From positions 2,272,001 through 2,336,000 of the forward strand of contig OY820905.2 of assembly GCA_963555755.3 (NCBI GenBank): DNA of 64,000 nt. Direction: 5' to 3'. The position numbers and the translations under genes are program-made. Below, one piece after another: positions 1 through 10,015 of this stretch; positions within the stretch are counted from its first letter, which is position 1; each line of letters opens with the position of its first letter. The notes beneath the pieces are model-generated. The model was given only the letters and a program-made list of their open reading frames with translations. It was not told the origin of the DNA and did not search any database. This DNA comes from Nitrospirales bacterium. Its GTDB lineage: Bacteria; Nitrospirota; Nitrospiria; Nitrospirales; UBA8639.

Positions 1-2719
1 CCGCCAGGCCCGATACCGGCTCGCCCAACATCCACTTGCTGCTGCCGCAGAACTCGTGCAATGCCACCGTAGAAGACAGCTGAAACATTTGGATGATTAT
101 TCGTTCCTGCTTAAGGTTGAACCGGCTTATGCCCTGCTCCGCATGCTTCTGCGCCTCTGTGAATTGTCCTTGATAGTGGTAAGAGTAGCCGATCGCATGA
201 TGCGCCCCTACCCACAGGAGGGAGTTATCGGTAGCCTTAGCCATCTGGAGCACCTCTTTCCCCTTTTTCAAGGAGTCGTTCATCTGTCCACGCAAGAAGT
301 AGTTGAAGCATAAAAACCATGTTGCCGCATATAGACTTTGCCCGTGACTCGTAACGTCTTCTGACTTTTGGGCTCGTACCGCTTGGTCCAGTAACTTTTG
401 GGCAAGGGGGATGGCGCGTTGGCAGGCTTTTGTTACTTCCTCAGATCCCCATCCTTTAGTGATGCTGTAGGCCTGGCCAAGGCCGAGCTGCATCGCCAAT
501 TCCATTTTGTCGCGCTCGGGGCTTTCAGGTAGCCCTTCGAGAAGGTCCAGACCCTGGGTCAGGTGGCCAATAGCTTCAGAGTTTGCGGACCGTATCAGCG
601 CCCGATCACCCGCCTCCTTCCATTTCGGAATAGCCCATTTAGGGAGCCCCGCGTGGGTGTAGTGATATGCTAAGAGCTCCGGTTCGGACTCGGCCGTGGA
701 TGAAAACTGATCTTTCAGCACCTCGGCGATCTGCTGATGGAACTCGCGCCTCGAGTCTTTTAATAAAGACTCGTACGCTGCCTTCTCGATCAATGCGTGC
801 TTGAAAATGTACGTCGCCTGAGGTGACAGACCTTGCTTAAACAATAGTCCTGCATCTTCTAGTCGTGTCAGTTCATTCCGCAAAGTCGTCCCCTTGACCG
901 TAGACACCGCTTCAAGGAGCTCGAAGCTAAACTCTCGGCCCAGTGTCGCTCCCAGCTGGGCTACCTGTTTCGCTGTAGATAGTCTGTCTAAACGGGCCAT
1001 TAATAAGTCTTGAAGTGTGGAAGGAATCTCCTCTGAAAGTGTTCCTGATAGCTCATATCCTTTTTCCAGTGGTTGGAGCACCCCAGATTCCATTAATGAT
1101 TTGGTGAGTTCTTCTACGAACAACGGCACTCCGTCTGTATTATTGATGAGATGTTTATTAACTTCTGTAGGTAACGTTTTGCCTTCTACTACCCCCTGTG
1201 CCATGGCTATCACCTGCTTATTGGTCAGGCCTTGCAGCGGGATGGCATCCAAGTTCGGTCGGGCCTCCCACGGCGGATTAAAGGCGTATTCCTTCCTATT
1301 CCTATCAGGTTCTTTAGTCCGGAATGTGAGTACGACCAGAACTCTTGCCTTTGGGGATTGGTTAACCACCATGGTCAGCCAAGCTAGCGTCGTCGGGTCG
1401 ATCCAGTGCAGGTCTTCGACGATCAGTAGCAAGGGGCGGCTAGGCGATGTCTCCAATAGCAAAGCTACCAGTACTTTGAGCGTCTCCTGCATCTGAGTCT
1501 CGGGAGTAAACTTAAGAGGTGTGTCGATAGGCACCGACAGGAGTTTGGCCAGTAGAGCCACTGCTTCCTCATTGAAACCGTATTTTTTGAGGGCGTCCTT
1601 CAGTCTGCGTAGTTTGGCATCATCGGTATCTTCCTCTCCAAGGTGCAGCTTCTGCTCTAATAGATTGACGATGGGGTAGAGCGCAGTGTTTTGGTAAAAT
1701 GGGGAGCAGCGGTACTCCTGAAGGGAATGTTTTTCGCGTTTGAGCCTTTGTTTCAATTCATCGACCAGACGCGATTTTCCGATTCCGGGGTCTCCACTTA
1801 TCATGACTACTTGGCCCATGCCATCCTTGACTCGCGCCCACCTGTTGAGAAGCAATTCTATCTCGCCGTCCCGGCCCACCAGAGGCGTTAGCCTGCTGCC
1901 TAGGGCTTCTAGACGACTTTTAACCCCACTCTTCCCAATCACGCGTCGGAGATTTATGGACCGGGAAATACCTTTTAGTTCATGTGGCTCTGGTTCTGAG
2001 GTTTCGAAATAGCCATTGACCAAGCTATGCGTCTCTTCGCTAATCACAACGGTATTGGGTTCCGTCCGGTCCTGTATTCGAGCGGCCACGTTTGGGGTTT
2101 CCCCGATGGCGAGGATTTTTTGGCTATCGCCGGTCCCAACCTTTCCCACAACCACTTTCCCGGTGTCGATCCCAATTCGCAATCTAAGGTCATCAACGCC
2201 AAACTGCTTCAAGGAATTGTTCAAATTCGGCAGCTCTTCCAGTATCTTGAGAGCGGCGTAGACCCCCCTTAAGGCATTGTCCTCGTGAGCTACAGGATGA
2301 CCAAAGTACGCCATTACCCCGTCCCCCAAATTTTGCGCGATCATTCCTCCAAAGCGACTGACAGCTTGGGCACAGTGGTTATGGTATTCATCCACTACTT
2401 TCTTCTGATCTTCAGTATCTAGGGTTTGAGATAGACGAGTGAAATTCACCACATCACAGAACATCACGGTTAGTTGGCGCTTTGAACTCAGTATTTCCCC
2501 ATGCTCTTTGAATAGAACAGGTGTCGTCTCAGAGCTGCCAGTCCAGACCAGCACGCCGCCCTCCTCACGGGCGAAGCGTTGACCTTGGATGATTTCTGTC
2601 TTCAGGTCCTCGAGGTACCCGTCGTCTAGATCGAATTCTCTCTTGAGTGCCCCATACGTTAGTCGCTTTCGGCGCTCAAGCAATTTCTTTGTAGCGTCCA
2701 AAATCTCAATGAAGGTCAT
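1..2719 (-). CDS. Class III adenylate/guanylate cyclase fused to a STAND/AAA ATPase and a probable TPR region (runs off the window start)
   Basis: Not in the ORF track because it is open at the window edge. Manual translation from ATG 2719: MTFIEILDATKKLLERRKRLTYGALKREFDLDD...; cyclase motifs RQLTVMFCDVVNFT, LGDGVMAYFG, RIGIDTG, GETPNVAARIQ; ATPase entry PLVGRDGE and Walker A GDPGIGKS. The same frame reads WMLGEPVSGLA at the edge; I did not translate every intervening codon. Confidence 0.88.
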   Translation of the reverse strand, partial: MTFIEILDATKKLLERRKRLTYGALKREFDLDDGYLEDLKTEIIQGQRFAREEGGVLVWTGSSETTPVLFKEHGEILSSKRQLTVMFCDVVNFTRLSQTLDTEDQKKVVDEYHNHCAQAVSRFGGMIAQNLGDGVMAYFGHPVAHEDNALRGVYAALKILEELPNLNNSLKQFGVDDLRLRIGIDTGKVVVGKVGTGDSQKILAIGETPNVAARIQDRTEPNTVVISEETHSLVNGYFETSEPEPHELKGISRSINLRRVIGKSGVKSRLEALGSRLTPLVGRDGEIELLLNRWARVKDGMGQVVMISGDPGIGKSRLVDELKQRLKREKHSLQEYRCSPFYQNTALYPIVNLLEQKLHLGEEDTDDAKLRRLKDALKKYGFNEEAVALLAKLLSVPIDTPLKFTPETQMQETLKVLVALLLETSPSRPLLLIVEDLHWIDPTTLAWLTMVVNQSPKARVLVVLTFRTKEPDRNRKEYAFNPPWEARPNLDAIPLQGLTNKQVIAMAQGVVEGKTLPTEVNKHLINNTDGVPLFVEELTKSLMESGVLQPLEKGYELSGTLSEEIPSTLQDLLMARLDRLSTAKQVAQLGATLGREFSFELLEAVSTVKGTTLRNELTRLEDAGLLFKQGLSPQATYIFKHALIEKAAYESLLKDSRREFHQQIAEVLKDQFSSTAESEPELLAYHYTHAGLPKWAIPKWKEAGDRALIRSANSEAIGHLTQGLDLLEGLPESPERDKMELAMQLGLGQAYSITKGWGSEEVTKACQRAIPLAQKLLDQAVRAQKSEDVTSHGQSLYAATWFLCFNYFLRGQMNDSLKKGKEVLQMAKATDNSLLWVGAHHAIGYSYHYQGQFTEAQKHAEQGISRFNLKQERIIIQMFQLSSTVALHEFCGSSKWMLGEPVSGLA

Positions 2720-3308
2720 GCCCGCCCCCTCTGAACAGAATGCTAAAAAAGACCGCCAGCTGCGTTCTCGGTCGCTCAGCCTCCGCAGGTCACAATAAAT
2801 ACCCTCCGAGGGCATTGCTTCTTCGCGCCTTGAGGATTTTCAATACCACAGTTTTTACAGTTCAGTTCCATTCTCAGTTTTATCTTAGCTTCGAGCTATG
2901 CATCTTTCTTTGCTCATTGAACCGACCAGATGTCGTTTCAGAGCCGCCAGTCCACACCAGCCGTTCACCGCTCTCATCAACGGCGAAGCGTGGATCTTTG
3001 ATGATTTCTGTCTTCAAGTCCTCGAGGTACCCGTCGTCTAGATCGAATTGTCTCTTGAGTGCCCCATACGTTAGTCGCTTTCGGTGCTCAAGCAATTTCT
3101 TTGTAGCATCCAAGATCTCATCGTACGTCATGACCAACCCCTCTCATCAGGATGCTGAAAAAGACCATCAGCAGCGTTCTTGGTCGCTCAGCCTCCGCAC
3201 GCACCAACATGTACCCTCCGATGGCTTTGCTTCATCACGCTTTGAGGATTTTCAATACCACGATTTTTACAGTTCAGTTCCATTCTTGTGTTTATCCTAG
3301 CTCTAAGC
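2522..3308. repeat. Imperfect tandem duplication (~410 bp period) of cyclase 5' end plus upstream region
   Basis: 2522-2896 aligns with 2931-3308, including a degenerate ATGCT(A/G)AAAAAGACC... repeat element in each unit. Confidence 0.85.
2880..3131 (-). CDS. Stand-alone copy of the cyclase N-terminal domain (83 aa)
   Basis: MTYDEILDATKKLLEHRKRLTYGALKRQFDLDDGYLEDLKTEII... nearly matches the first ~65 aa of the downstream cyclase; GAGGGG RBS upstream. Confidence 0.7.
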   Translation of the reverse strand: MTYDEILDATKKLLEHRKRLTYGALKRQFDLDDGYLEDLKTEIIKDPRFAVDESGERLVWTGGSETTSGRFNEQRKMHSSKLR

Positions 3309-3322
3309 CCTGTCCCTGTTTA

Positions 3323-4102
3323 TCAGAGTCCTCGTTCATCACAATCCGTTCCAGAGCCCTGGTCCTTCACAGAAAGCTGGACCATCGCTTGTAATTGGTT
3401 AATGTCTTCTGTCTGCAACAAACCGCCATAACTGCCTTGTGGCGTCCCGGTGGGGACTCGAATCTCAATGTACCCGTCTACCTTGTCCCCAGGCTTGATC
3501 ATTCCCGAATTCGGGTGCACCGTTATTTGTGCCTCTGGAATTCTGTGCCCCGACATGCCAACGAGGTCCATGCTATACAGAGTAAAGTCGGCCGTTTCTT
3601 TCGGGTCGTCATTTATTAGAGTGAAGGGAATGCGACCGGTTTTGCCTGGGCTCACCGGGAAAGGAAATTTGAGAGAGGAAAGATTTGGAAAATGTTCATC
3701 TTCTATTGGGAGCTCTTCAATGCTGGCTAATTGGGATGCAATTTGGGCTGGTTGCTCCATCCGATTCTCAAGCGCATCGACCAAGGTAATACCCAATTTG
3801 GTGACCTGTTGGTGGCATTCCTCTATGGTGGTCTCAGGACCAGGCGGTACCCCTTGGAGGGTCTTTCCCATCTCCTCCGCGTTTCGACCTGTTTGGCTAT
3901 TGAGCTCGTCGTTAAGGACGGCGTTGGCTTTCTGAACAATAGATGGTGTGGCTTTCCCGGAATCAAAAGAGGGGCGTTCGGGGATGCTGTTCTGGTTTGT
4001 TTTTGTCCCTGCTCGGGTAATGACATTCTCTAGGGTTGAAGGCTCAGCCCCTAAAGTTAAGACCGGTATGCTCTCTCGGTGTACCATAAAAAAGAACTCC
4101 AA
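3323..4102 (-). CDS. Hypothetical protein with a C-terminal beta-rich (possibly Ig-like) domain
   Basis: 259-aa ORF co-oriented between idi and the cyclase genes; C-terminal GYIEIRVPTGTPQGSYGGLL pattern; start uncertain. Confidence 0.65.
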   Translation of the reverse strand: MEFFFMVHRESIPVLTLGAEPSTLENVITRAGTKTNQNSIPERPSFDSGKATPSIVQKANAVLNDELNSQTGRNAEEMGKTLQGVPPGPETTIEECHQQVTKLGITLVDALENRMEQPAQIASQLASIEELPIEDEHFPNLSSLKFPFPVSPGKTGRIPFTLINDDPKETADFTLYSMDLVGMSGHRIPEAQITVHPNSGMIKPGDKVDGYIEIRVPTGTPQGSYGGLLQTEDINQLQAMVQLSVKDQGSGTDCDERGL

Positions 4103-4138
4103 ACGGAACTTAGAAAAGTGCGGTTTTAACCATGGAAA

Positions 4139-4756
4139 CTACTCAAGGGAAGGCCCCAGATTTAATGCCGCTGCCCTTTTGTAATTGCTAATGCTAATAG
4201 GATTGCTATCTCTATTCGCTCCCTTTTTACTCGTTTCGGTGCAATCGACAAAACTTTCGAAACATTCTTTGAACCAAGGAGTGTAAATGTGTTCGTTGGC
4301 TTTCATATCATTTAATAATTCGGACAGATCTACGAAAGCTAAATCGGCAACTTCCTTTGGATGAGGATAAACTGAACCGGTGTGGTGACCCAGGAAGACA
4401 TGGTCAATTTCATACTCACCCCATTTTCGAGAATATTGATATGGGGTCGGGTATTTGAATTTAAAGAGGAATTTCACATCACAGGTAAAGCCCAACTCTT
4501 CCTCAAGCCGTCTTTGCGCGGCCAAGGTTATTGGCTCTTCAGGCCTGGGATGCGAGCAGCATGAATTTGACCAGAATCCTGGCCATGTTATCTTCAAATG
4601 ATTCCTCTTCTGTATAAGGAGCTGTCCTTTTTCATTGAGGATGAATATTGAAAATGCTCGATGGAGTTTTCCCGGAAAAATATGCGCGGCATATTTCTCC
4701 TCAACACCGACTTCATTATCATCCTCGTCAACGAGCACTACATATTCTTCTTCCAT
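4139..4756 (-). CDS. idi: Isopentenyl-diphosphate delta-isomerase, type 1 (Nudix fold)
   Basis: VVLVDEDD, GKLHRAFSIF, WPGFWSNSCCSHP, AAQRRLEEELG, EYEIDHVF, YTPWF. Confidence 0.93.
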   Translation of the reverse strand: MEEEYVVLVDEDDNEVGVEEKYAAHIFPGKLHRAFSIFILNEKGQLLIQKRNHLKITWPGFWSNSCCSHPRPEEPITLAAQRRLEEELGFTCDVKFLFKFKYPTPYQYSRKWGEYEIDHVFLGHHTGSVYPHPKEVADLAFVDLSELLNDMKANEHIYTPWFKECFESFVDCTETSKKGANRDSNPISISNYKRAAALNLGPSLE

Positions 4757-4975
4757 TCAGCAATTTCCTTTCGTACATCAAATCAGATATGAGTCATTGT
4801 TATGCCAGTAGGTGCAGGATGTGATCCCTGACATTGAAAGAACCAGCTAAGCCTGATTTCTAACTCAAATCTCTTTGCCCAAGATGTCATGCGGGCAAAT
4901 CTTCTTGCCAAACCCTCCCCGATCCCATGCCCTTGGCTTTGAACATGGTGGAGCTGGAAATTGGTTTTTTCACTA

Positions 4976-5656
4976 TTACAATTTTTTCCATAAGGCTTTT
5001 CTCATGCCCGTTTCGCGTAATCGATAATGACTAAGGTTTCTTATAGGCTTGAAAGTTGAGAATTTATTTCCCTTCCCAAAATGCCTTGCGCGGGAATTTG
5101 GCCTCGAGATTCCTTTGTGATCGCAAAGAGGGCAAGTATGGGAAAGATTTTTGGAGATTAATTGGGTGAAGGCAGGGAACTTCGAAAAGACTCTTGAAAG
5201 GGCAGAGTCAAGAAGGTCCTTGCCTTGATGGGAACGAATATTTAATGGGGAGAGCTTTAATAACTTTTTTGGGGAAGTATGACCCTCAAGACTATATGAT
5301 TCCTTGAAACCTTCCAGATATTGGAGATGAGGAATTTGGCTGTTGCACCGGGTTGCCCAGGTGTGTAACCCAAGGAAATTGGACCAATTAAATTCATAAG
5401 AGCGGAAGTAACCGAGCACCCCGTATTTCCAAACAGGGGAATGATACTCGGAAACATTGTGGGGTACCCAGTGTTCCATAGGTTGTGGCATCCAAATCGT
5501 AACAACACCGACACCACTTCCTGTGGAAGAGACCTTACATCGTGTAATGTCTGGGATCTCAGACCGTTTAAGAATGGAGGTCTTGATGGGAGAAGGAGCT
5601 AGCTTCTCTTCGGTCTTCAATCCCTTTTGAGAAAATTTTTTGGTTACGGGATTCAT
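4976..5656 (-). CDS. Hypothetical protein
   Basis: 226-aa ORF with AGGAG RBS and an upstream sigma54-like promoter; no recognisable motif. Confidence 0.45.
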   Translation of the reverse strand: MNPVTKKFSQKGLKTEEKLAPSPIKTSILKRSEIPDITRCKVSSTGSGVGVVTIWMPQPMEHWVPHNVSEYHSPVWKYGVLGYFRSYEFNWSNFLGLHTWATRCNSQIPHLQYLEGFKESYSLEGHTSPKKLLKLSPLNIRSHQGKDLLDSALSRVFSKFPAFTQLISKNLSHTCPLCDHKGISRPNSRARHFGKGNKFSTFKPIRNLSHYRLRETGMRKALWKKL

Positions 5657-5707
5657 ACTGCTCCTTTTGGATTCTCCATTTCAACTCTTTTTCTATTTTG
5701 TGAATAA

Positions 5708-5722
5708 GCAAAAGGTGTGCCG
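5708..5722 (-). promoter_or_regulatory. Sigma54 -24/-12 promoter
   Basis: Minus strand CGGCAC-ACCTT-TTGC, ~50 bp upstream of ATG 5656. Confidence 0.7.
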
Positions 5723-7213
5723 TGATTGAAAATTCTTAAAACAGATAGGTCGTATCACGCACTCATTGCGGTTTTCCACATCGTGGTTCCGCGGAAAAAT
5801 CAGGAAGACTATTCAGAAAAATGGGAAGGAAAAATTGAGGATGGATTACGTTTCTTTAGTCTGGGGTTTTCAAATTAAGGATAGTTGTCCTTAATGAACT
5901 TTAGACTTTTCATTTCAGGCCACTATGGACCTGTAGTATATTTATATCTGTTATAACGTAGACCCCATTTTTCAACATTGTCTGGTGAAGTGTAGGTTCG
6001 GTAGATGTGGTTGTGACCCGTGCCCATCGTCCCGTCGCACGAAAAGCCAGATGGGTTCCCGCTAAAATCTGCAGGAATGATGTTTCTCCACGAGGATAGG
6101 CTAAAAACTACGAGGTAGTTTTTCCATGACAGTGACTGGCTACTTCACATTTCACTCGGCAATGCCTGGAAGATGAAATGCAAGGTTTTACTGTGAGCTT
6201 CACTTCAATAATTTCCTTCATTTGCCTGTCATACATCCATCTGAACTCAAAATTTTCACCAATTATGGATTGTTCTCACTACATCAAATTCTCGAATCAC
6301 CCAGGAAGATTTTGCAATTGGCCTCCGTCAATTCGACTCTACCTTGTGTAGATAAAAATGCCCTTACTCATCATGATGGTCAATTCTTCAGATCGTGTTC
6401 CTTGCATAATTCCTTTATGGGATTTTTTTTGATCACGCGCCAACGTCTGATCGTGTTTTCCTTCAGCATGCTTGGCCAACATTCCAACTATTTCTTTCTT
6501 AATCATTGAAAAAAAGGCGTCGCGCCCCCGACTCCCGTGTGGAACGCCGTGTACTGAAAGTGTGTACGTCGTTGACACTATTTTTCGTGAAAAAGAGCCG
6601 TCGACGCAAAAGGTATCGGAAAATGCCTTATTGGGTTCAATCAAAGATTGGCATAGGAATTGAATTCTCAATGATAAGAATGCGGATGGCCGAAGTTGTT
6701 TCGGCCTCGTGGGTTCAGGTCTCATCCTTCCAGGGAAGGTGCAGCACCCACCTTACTTTGCCGTGCAATTTCTCCTCCTCCTTAAATTGGCATGGCAAAA
6801 GAGGCCTGAGCTCACGGAAGGGGGACGCTGCCTCCTCCTTCACTCCACCCCCTGCAGGAACGCCAATCTCCCCTGCAGGGGATGGACCCAAAAATTTCTC
6901 CATCGACAGGGCGAATGTTATTAAGGAATACATCGGTCAGAACGCGTTGGCATCACCTCAGCCGCCGCCACCCGCAGCCATTCAAAACAAAGAGAAGAAA
7001 AAAGTCCTGGATGCCCGTTAACTCCTGCGGGCATGAAGGATTGGGGTTCGGACAGGCAAAAGGCTCTGGTCCTCTAGGTTTGACTCACCATCGCCCCCTC
7101 TGTCATTCCCGCAGTTGTTAGCGGGAATCTATCTTGCTTTTCCTGCGCTTGCCCTTACGAAAACCTGCCCTCGTGCAGATGGGGGCGAGGACGGGGATCC
7201 AGGGTACGTAATG

Positions 7214-7425
7214 GGAATGTTGAAAAAAGCCGCCAGCGGCGTTCTCGCCCTTTTGCCGTGCTCACGTACTGAGAGTACGCTCCGCGCGTCAAAAGGGCTG
7301 CGGCCTTGCTGGATAGACCCTTCGGAAAGACTCAGGGCATGCTTTTTTGAACATTCCCTCCCACTGATGCGAGCCGTCTTTCCTGGAGCATCTATGGGTC
7401 ATGGACCTGAAATATTCAACAGGCC
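7214..7425. mobile_element. MITE family A (TIR GG(A)ATGTTGAA...TTCAACAGGCC) with 7-bp TSD
   Basis: CGTAATG duplicated at 7207-7213 and 7426-7432; related copies at 13990-14102, 14976-15216, 16318-16676, 31458-31579 and a partial one at 62765-62790. Confidence 0.8.
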
Positions 7426-7427
7426 CG

Positions 7428-7620
7428 TAATGTCGCCCCACAAATCACGCCAACCTGGCGTTGTCGCGCTCAATGAGAGAAAGTTTCCAGGCACGGTTCC
7501 ATTTCTTGAGCTGCTTTTCCCGAGTAATGGCGTCGGACATGGTGTGATGCAAACCGATGCACTCCTTAGTTTTTTTGTGAACCCAGCGACTAACCCCTTT
7601 TTATGTTGCCAGCGTTTCAA
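7428..7620 (-). pseudogene. GIY-YIG nuclease C-terminal remnant
   Basis: Frameshifted fragments QHKKGLVAGFTKK / HHTMSDAITREKQLKKWNRAWKLSLIERDN / WRDL, typical of small GIY-YIG proteins. Confidence 0.7.
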
Positions 7621-7974
7621 TCGGGGATTCCCCCTACCGGGTATTTGTCGCCCCACGACCTTACTCATCTGTTTCTCCGTCTCACAGTATTCCTTCCATT
7701 CTCCGCATACAGCCTTCACCCCTATACCGACTGGAGTAACACCATCCGGGCCAGGAGTGACAGGCGACATTACAAACTTTTTCTCTTTTCCTCTGGATTA
7801 ATTGAGTTGTTAACAATGTAGACAATTAAAATTAATGTGTAAACTATGTCCCAAATATCAGCTTTTCAATCTTTGTTTTCTTCCTCGCGGATATTTAGCC
7901 CCAAACCAAAGATTTCCAACAAAAACAAGGACATGAAATCAATATCATTGGCCTCCATCTTGAGCCACCTTACT

Positions 7975-7989
7975 TGGCACAATGGTTGC
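7975..7989 (+). promoter_or_regulatory. Sigma54 -24/-12 promoter
   Basis: TGGCAC-AATGG-TTGC upstream of the receiver/kinase cluster. Confidence 0.75.
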
Positions 7990-8221
7990 AACATTCATGA
8001 ATTAAGGAAGGCGTAGATCCAAACTTTCACGGGGCAAAGGATAATGAATATGTCTTGGGCGATTTTGACAGCGGGAATCATCACAACCCTCTTCGTCCTA
8101 TTCGCTCTCCTGAGGATTTGGTCGGGGAAAGGTTCCAGGAAAAGTACCGGGACATGGTCTTCCGATATCGAACGCTAGTTTTTTCACTTCCCACTTGTTT
8201 GGGAGAAAGGAAGGTGTCGTG

Positions 8222-8653
8222 ATGGGAGAACGTACAGCAGGCATGTTTAGTGGAAAACCGTGTAGTGGACGTGTTCTGATTATGGATGACGAGCCCGATG
8301 TGAGAAAGGTGGTCCGCCTCCATTTGGAGAAAGCCGGCTATGAAGTCATGGAAGCCGAAGATGGGGAAAAAGCCATTAAAGAAATTCAGCGTGGAGAAAA
8401 TCCCATACTCATGGACACGATCATTTGTGACATTCGAATGCCCAAAATTAATGGGGCTGAGGCCATTCAGTATTTCCAAACGCAATATCCAAGGGTCCCT
8501 CTCATCGTGATGACCGGGCATCCTGATGTGCAAATGGCGACGTCGTTCCTTAATGGGGGCGTGGTGGACTATTTAGTGAAACCTGTTGAGTCGGAAAAAT
8601 TATGCGCCACCGTTGCCAAGGCTGTCGATTCGAAGGATAACAGTTTCATGTAG
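8222..8653 (+). CDS. Single-domain response regulator (receiver)
   Basis: VLIMDDE, ICDIRMPKING, VMTG, DYLVKP; GGAAGG RBS before ATG 8222. Confidence 0.92.
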   Translation: MGERTAGMFSGKPCSGRVLIMDDEPDVRKVVRLHLEKAGYEVMEAEDGEKAIKEIQRGENPILMDTIICDIRMPKINGAEAIQYFQTQYPRVPLIVMTGHPDVQMATSFLNGGVVDYLVKPVESEKLCATVAKAVDSKDNSFM

Positions 8654-8689
8654 GAGGGAAACCTTAACTTTCTCAACACGATTATCTTT

Positions 8690-8832
8690 AGGGCACCTCT
8701 AAAAACCGTCCTTTTCCGTGATGGCGGCGTCAGCCGCGTGCTCAAATCCTCATGTATTCGCCCATACACTCCGGTTTTCCGCGCGCGGCTTCCTTGCCCT
8801 CACAAAAAATGCCTGGTTTTTAGAGGTGCCCT
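8690..8832. mobile_element. MITE family F (AGGGCACCTCTAAAAA...TTTTTAGAGGTGCCCT)
   Basis: Perfect terminal inverted repeats; a partial second copy at 51614-51679. Confidence 0.8.
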
Positions 8833-8920
8833 TTAGTCAGGGTTTCCGGCACTAACTGGTCGGGGAAGGTTCTTTCCAGAAGGGCTTCCCCAGCCTACCT
8901 TATTATCGAATTCAATTGAG

Positions 8921-9976
8921 TTGAGGAAAGGGCTGGATGTGGATACTCAATCTCGTATTCGCGTCATTATTCTTGGCGGAGGAAAAGGCGGGACGGCATT
9001 ATTAGATCTGCTCTTTCACCTTCCTCACATTCATATTGTTGGTATTGCCGATACCAATCCTTTCGCTCCGGGTTTACAAAAAGCGAAACAATTCAGCATC
9101 CCCGTGTCAAACAATTGCGCACGGTTGATTTCCCAAAAGGATATTGATCTTATCATTGACGTCACGGGTCATCCGGAGGTGTCCCAACTTCTTCATCAAC
9201 GACCGAACGCTGGAACGGAAATCCTTGATGGGGCCACGGTGAAACTCCTCTGGGACATCATTGGGCATGAGAAGCAAATGGAGGCAAATTTAATACAATC
9301 GGAAAAGCTGGCCTCCATTGGCACATTCGTGTCCAGCATTACCCATGATGTGAGTAATCCCCTCTATGCGATTTTAGGGTATGCGGAACACCTTGTCGAA
9401 GACTCCGACGACCCATCGACAAAGGAGTTGGCCCAAAGCATTGTGGAGGCGACCAAACGCATTGCAAAAATCTGCCGAGGGTTGACCCTGTATTCCCGTA
9501 AGCCCGATCTCGATACGATTGAAGCGGTCGATGTGAATACACAACTCGATGAGGCATGGAACATTGCGTGCTTCGCGACCCACCATCAGGGGGTGGTGGT
9601 TGAAAAGCGATATGCTAGTCATCCTGTTATTCAGGCCAATCAGGATGAAATTCTTCAAGTCTTGGTGAATGTAGTGATTAACGCTATTCATGCGATGAAA
9701 GAGGGAGGGGACTTGACCTTATGCTCTGAATGCCAAAATGGAACGGTGACGCTTCGAATAATCGATACAGGCTCTGGGATCCCCGTGCATCATTTGGCCA
9801 ATCTGTTCGTCCCGTTTTTCACGACGAAGCCATCGGGTGTGGGGACGGGGTTAGGCCTGTTTTCCGCCAAGTCCATCACGGAAAAGCATGGTGGACAGAT
9901 TTGTGTACAGAGTGAAGTCAACAAGGGGACCACGTTTTCCCTTCATTTCCCGGCATTCCCGCAACCCCTGACATAA
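8921..9976 (+). CDS. Cytoplasmic histidine kinase with an N-terminal Rossmann-like (Gfo/Idh/MocA-type) domain
   Basis: IRVIILGGGKGG; H-box THDVSNPL; DTGSGI, FFTTK, GTGLGL. True start may be GTG 8939. Confidence 0.88.
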   Translation: MRKGLDVDTQSRIRVIILGGGKGGTALLDLLFHLPHIHIVGIADTNPFAPGLQKAKQFSIPVSNNCARLISQKDIDLIIDVTGHPEVSQLLHQRPNAGTEILDGATVKLLWDIIGHEKQMEANLIQSEKLASIGTFVSSITHDVSNPLYAILGYAEHLVEDSDDPSTKELAQSIVEATKRIAKICRGLTLYSRKPDLDTIEAVDVNTQLDEAWNIACFATHHQGVVVEKRYASHPVIQANQDEILQVLVNVVINAIHAMKEGGDLTLCSECQNGTVTLRIIDTGSGIPVHHLANLFVPFFTTKPSGVGTGLGLFSAKSITEKHGGQICVQSEVNKGTTFSLHFPAFPQPLT

Positions 9977-10015
9977 CAGACGGTCGCATGGTTCCTGATA
10001 GGGAGAGGATGAGAG

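Noticed and set aside
2522..3308. DGR template/variable repeat pair
   Set aside because: No reverse transcriptase, the differences are not confined to adenines, and the repeat includes intergenic DNA at the gene's 5' end.
6222..7121. Overlapping ORFs including 6506-7021
   Set aside because: No recognisable motif or clear RBS and conflicting frames; a real small gene cannot be excluded.
7115..7801. ORFs containing MLKKAAS..., MGAETPVWQG... and similar (also near 12348, 13333, 14919, 16281, 18713, 31342, 61537)
   Set aside because: They are translations of MITE sequence recurring at each copy, not genes.
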